DNA of 37,819 nt. Origin: a virus. Its lineage: Duplodnaviria; Caudoviricetes. Under the pieces are notes generated by a model. That model made no database searches, was not told the DNA's origin, and worked only from the letters and a program-made list of their open reading frames with translations. Position 1 is the first letter of the stretch. Every line of letters starts with the position of its first letter. The stretch spans positions 1 through 37,819 of IMG/VR virus record IMGVR_UViG_3300001380_000066, one strand, 5' to 3'. Positions 35,413-37,819 of the stretch are shown here, piece by piece. A program made the position numbers and the translations under genes.

Positions 35413-36483
35413 CTAAGCTGAAACAATCGCTGCAGTTCCGATTCCAAGGTATGGATTCTTCACTACTGTAGCAGTTCCATATACTGGTGTCACGAAAGTA
35501 GAACCTGCGGTTCCAACTTGCGTACAACCAACAGTTGGTGATTCGTTTATTATTGCTCGCATACCAACACCCATTGTTCCACCTACTGCCGAAGCGGTAG
35601 CCGTACCACCAGTGTTGTAAAACTTACAACGATCAACGATCAACGATAGTGCATTGTTAGCTGTGCCAGGTGACTGTAGTATGAACGTACTTGCTGCTGC
35701 ATCATGGTTTGCCATAAATTCAACATTTTGAACACGAATATTCGTATTGTTGAACATAAGTTTAATTCCATGTGAAGCGGAAGCTAGTAGTCCTGTACCA
35801 GAATTGATAAAACCATCTCTGATGGTAATATCTGTGGCTGCTGAACCAACAACAATGTCGCCTGCTGGTGTACCTGTTATACCTGTAGTACCTGCATCCC
35901 ATTGGATACCTGTCTTCTCAACCCTAAAGTCGTGAAGATCAAGACCTGAAACACCTGCACCAATTGTAATCAGACCACCATCACCACCATCACCTAATGT
36001 TCCTCCTGTTGATGTTCCTGCTGTTCCACGCACATAAATGCCTGCAACTTCACAGTTATCACCCGTAATTCTTAAAACACCTAAAGTACCTATTGTACCT
36101 GCGGTTCCTGGTGCTTCCAAAACAACTGAAGCATTGCCAAGCGATTTACCTGCACCAAGTCCTATCAAATGAACGCTATCTTTATCGAGAGTAATTCCTG
36201 CTGGTGTTCCTGTTGGAACATATGCAGTATTGTCATCTTTTGGACAAACAATGATGTAATCGTTTAAACCGGCACGTACTTTGCTTGAATCAATAGCTGA
36301 CTGAATGTCATCAAAGAAAAACTCATTACCGACTGCTTCTTTAACAGTTGTGTAATCAGCATCTGTTGGGTCTTTTACCCATACAACATTACCTGTAGTT
36401 ACGATTCCAGCATTTCTGATCTCAGAAAGTGGATCAATTTTCCCACCAAATGCTAAATAAGGATCATTTTGACGTAATCCCAT
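35413..36483 (-). CDS. pectin-lyase-like beta-helix virion (capsid decoration/fibre) protein
   Basis: DIQSAID...DYIIVCP...ITLDKDSVHLIG cap motif, VLRITGDNCEVAGI; AGGAGGT upstream. Confidence 0.7.
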   Translation of the reverse strand: MGLRQNDPYLAFGGKIDPLSEIRNAGIVTTGNVVWVKDPTDADYTTVKEAVGNEFFFDDIQSAIDSSKVRAGLNDYIIVCPKDDNTAYVPTGTPAGITLDKDSVHLIGLGAGKSLGNASVVLEAPGTAGTIGTLGVLRITGDNCEVAGIYVRGTAGTSTGGTLGDGGDGGLITIGAGVSGLDLHDFRVEKTGIQWDAGTTGITGTPAGDIVVGSAATDITIRDGFINSGTGLLASASHGIKLMFNNTNIRVQNVEFMANHDAAASTFILQSPGTANNALSLIVDRCKFYNTGGTATASAVGGTMGVGMRAIINESPTVGCTQVGTAGSTFVTPVYGTATVVKNPYLGIGTAAIVSA

Positions 36484-36653
36484 TTTTTATAATTTCACCT
36501 CCTTTAGCCTCTTTGAGGCGTTGTTTTCTAAAACGGATAAGTACCACCCTTTCAAAGGGTGTAATTCCTGCCCGTTTGCATAGTTCTGTAAAACTAAGTC
36601 TTTTAACATAATGTTTTCTATTTTTTCTTGGCACATATCCATTCTAATTCTTT

Positions 36654-37040
36654 TTAAGCTAGTCCGATATCTTTTGCTGTTTGTCGCATTTTTCTCATCA
36701 TTTCTTCTTTAATCTCTTCTCCTCTAAGTCTTGCTAGTTCTCTTCTACCAAAATATTTCATAGCAGCAGTTTTAGGGTCAGAACTATTGAATTTACCTCT
36801 AGCAAGAGCCATGAGAAAATGCGTTCCTGCATCGGTTCTTTCTTCAAGACCTTCTTCAAAGATTTTCCTCTTAGCACGCATTAAAGCCTCGTTTTTCTTA
36901 ATTGATTGCTCAATTACCCTGCGATTGTGTTCAACCGAAAACCCTGGTGATGGATCTTTAGGCACAAATTTAAAATCAGCCTTGGATATCTCACCACTGG
37001 TTTTTAAATCTTTAAATAATTTAGGCCCGTACGCCTTCAT
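36654..37040 (-). CDS. hypothetical basic protein
   Basis: 128-aa ORF after the major capsid gene. Confidence 0.65.
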   Translation of the reverse strand: MKAYGPKLFKDLKTSGEISKADFKFVPKDPSPGFSVEHNRRVIEQSIKKNEALMRAKRKIFEEGLEERTDAGTHFLMALARGKFNSSDPKTAAMKYFGRRELARLRGEEIKEEMMRKMRQTAKDIGLA

Positions 37041-37160
37041 TGCGGGCTTGGGAAGAATCGAACTTCCCTTATAACCGTTAGCCCAATGTTAGTTGGTTAG
37101 GTATTTGCTAACTTATGAATTCGTTTCGCATTTCCTACCATAGTGCCCAACTAACCAAAG
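37041..37160 (-). ncRNA. structured intergenic RNA: long hairpin plus tRNA-like acceptor/T-arm minihelix
   Basis: GTTAGTTGG/CCAACTAAC stem; GGGCT...GGGAAG-TTCGATT-CTTCCC-AAGCCC-GCA. Confidence 0.45.
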
Positions 37161-37167
37161 CACTTTA

Positions 37168-37818
37168 TTAATCAGTTTTCTGTGTTTCCCTAGCATTAGC
37201 TGCGGGTGCTAAACACATAACATTAGCAAACCAAACCATAACGGCCTGATATGTAATCGTGTTGGATAATCTCAAAAGATTATCTGCACCTTGTTCGAGC
37301 CAATTCATGTCTTCAACCTGACAGAGGGTCCATGAATCCATGTTTAGGATCACGACTTCTCCATCTGGTACCTGATAGTCAAGAAATACTCCAACTTTTC
37401 CAGCTCCTGCTGCGAATTCAAGTCCTGTCCAACCACCAAGAAGATCGGCAGTATCTACCGTCCTTCTCATAGATGTTAAGAGATCGCCATACTTTTTGTA
37501 TAGTGTCTTGTTAACAAATATTGCGTATTGGTCTCCTGTTCTTGCGTATTCTTTAGCTGAAAGATATCCATTTTCCATTCTGCTAAGTGACAAGGCTTCT
37601 GAGACGGAACCAAATTGTGGTGTCCATCCATCCCTTGATCTTGCAAGTCCAGCGTATAGGTTTGTACCTGTTGTCGAGGAAAGAGCTTCTCGAATACCAT
37701 TAAACATATTCGATCCAGCACCACCACCTGATCCATCTAATATAAAGACGGCATCATTCGCTGCTGAAGCTGTAGCTCCTGTCAAAAGAACTGTACCAAC
37801 TGCGAGATCTTTACCTCG
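37168..37818 (-). CDS. major capsid protein (HK97-like), 5' end outside window
   Basis: MFNGI...YAGLARS...W, LLGGWTGLEF, VFLDYQVPDG, C-terminal NVMCLAPAANA. Confidence 0.8.
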   Translation of the reverse strand, partial: RGKDLAVGTVLLTGATASAANDAVFILDGSGGGAGSNMFNGIREALSSTTGTNLYAGLARSRDGWTPQFGSVSEALSLSRMENGYLSAKEYARTGDQYAIFVNKTLYKKYGDLLTSMRRTVDTADLLGGWTGLEFAAGAGKVGVFLDYQVPDGEVVILNMDSWTLCQVEDMNWLEQGADNLLRLSNTITYQAVMVWFANVMCLAPAANARETQKTD

Positions 37819-37819
37819 A

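Noticed and set aside
36468-36645. Small ORF between the 128-aa gene and the beta-helix gene
   Set aside because: Two competing minus-strand frames of roughly 50 codons, and no evidence to choose between them
175-37074. Plus-strand ORFs in the supplied track (e.g. 1120-1518, 16633-17007, 26206-26679)
   Set aside because: They are antisense shadows of well-supported minus-strand genes, with no ribosome-binding sites or motifs
37041-37090. Complete tRNA gene
   Set aside because: No D arm or anticodon arm; kept only as a tRNA-like element
1-37819. Stop-codon reassignment (TGA or TAG)
   Set aside because: Conserved genes are intact in code 11; TGA occurs in many ATGA couplings and TAG falls at natural C-termini

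Overview
The window is most of a tailed-phage genome, probably a podovirus, in standard genetic code with nearly all genes on the minus strand. Read in transcription direction (right to left) it contains: the C-terminal part of the major capsid gene, a beta-helix decoration protein, GT8-like and GT4 glycosyltransferases, tail/fibre/adaptor/nozzle and ejection proteins, a lysis module, and a highly structured non-coding control region. It continues with an MT-A70 methylase, many small early genes, a heptose-nucleotide cluster (gmhA-hddA-HNH-hddC-ferredoxin), a Com-like zinc finger, terS/terL, a LicD-like gene, the portal, a Gly-Thr repeat fibre and a frameshifted deacetylase. No polymerase, helicase, primase or integrase is recognisable. 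A Patescibacteria/CPR-type host is plausible but only inferred. Main leads: (1) a candidate virion glycosylation system, combining heptose synthesis and transferases with strong Gly-Thr enrichment confined to surface virion proteins; (2) four copies of a promoter plus covarying antiterminator/terminator leader, one ahead of each late module, with a Com-like protein as candidate activator; (3) an ACG-initiated tail gene and a deacetylase frameshifted at an A10 tract; (4) several loop-pairing RNA switches and a tRNA-like minihelix. All calls come from manual motif reading; no database searches or folding programs were run.
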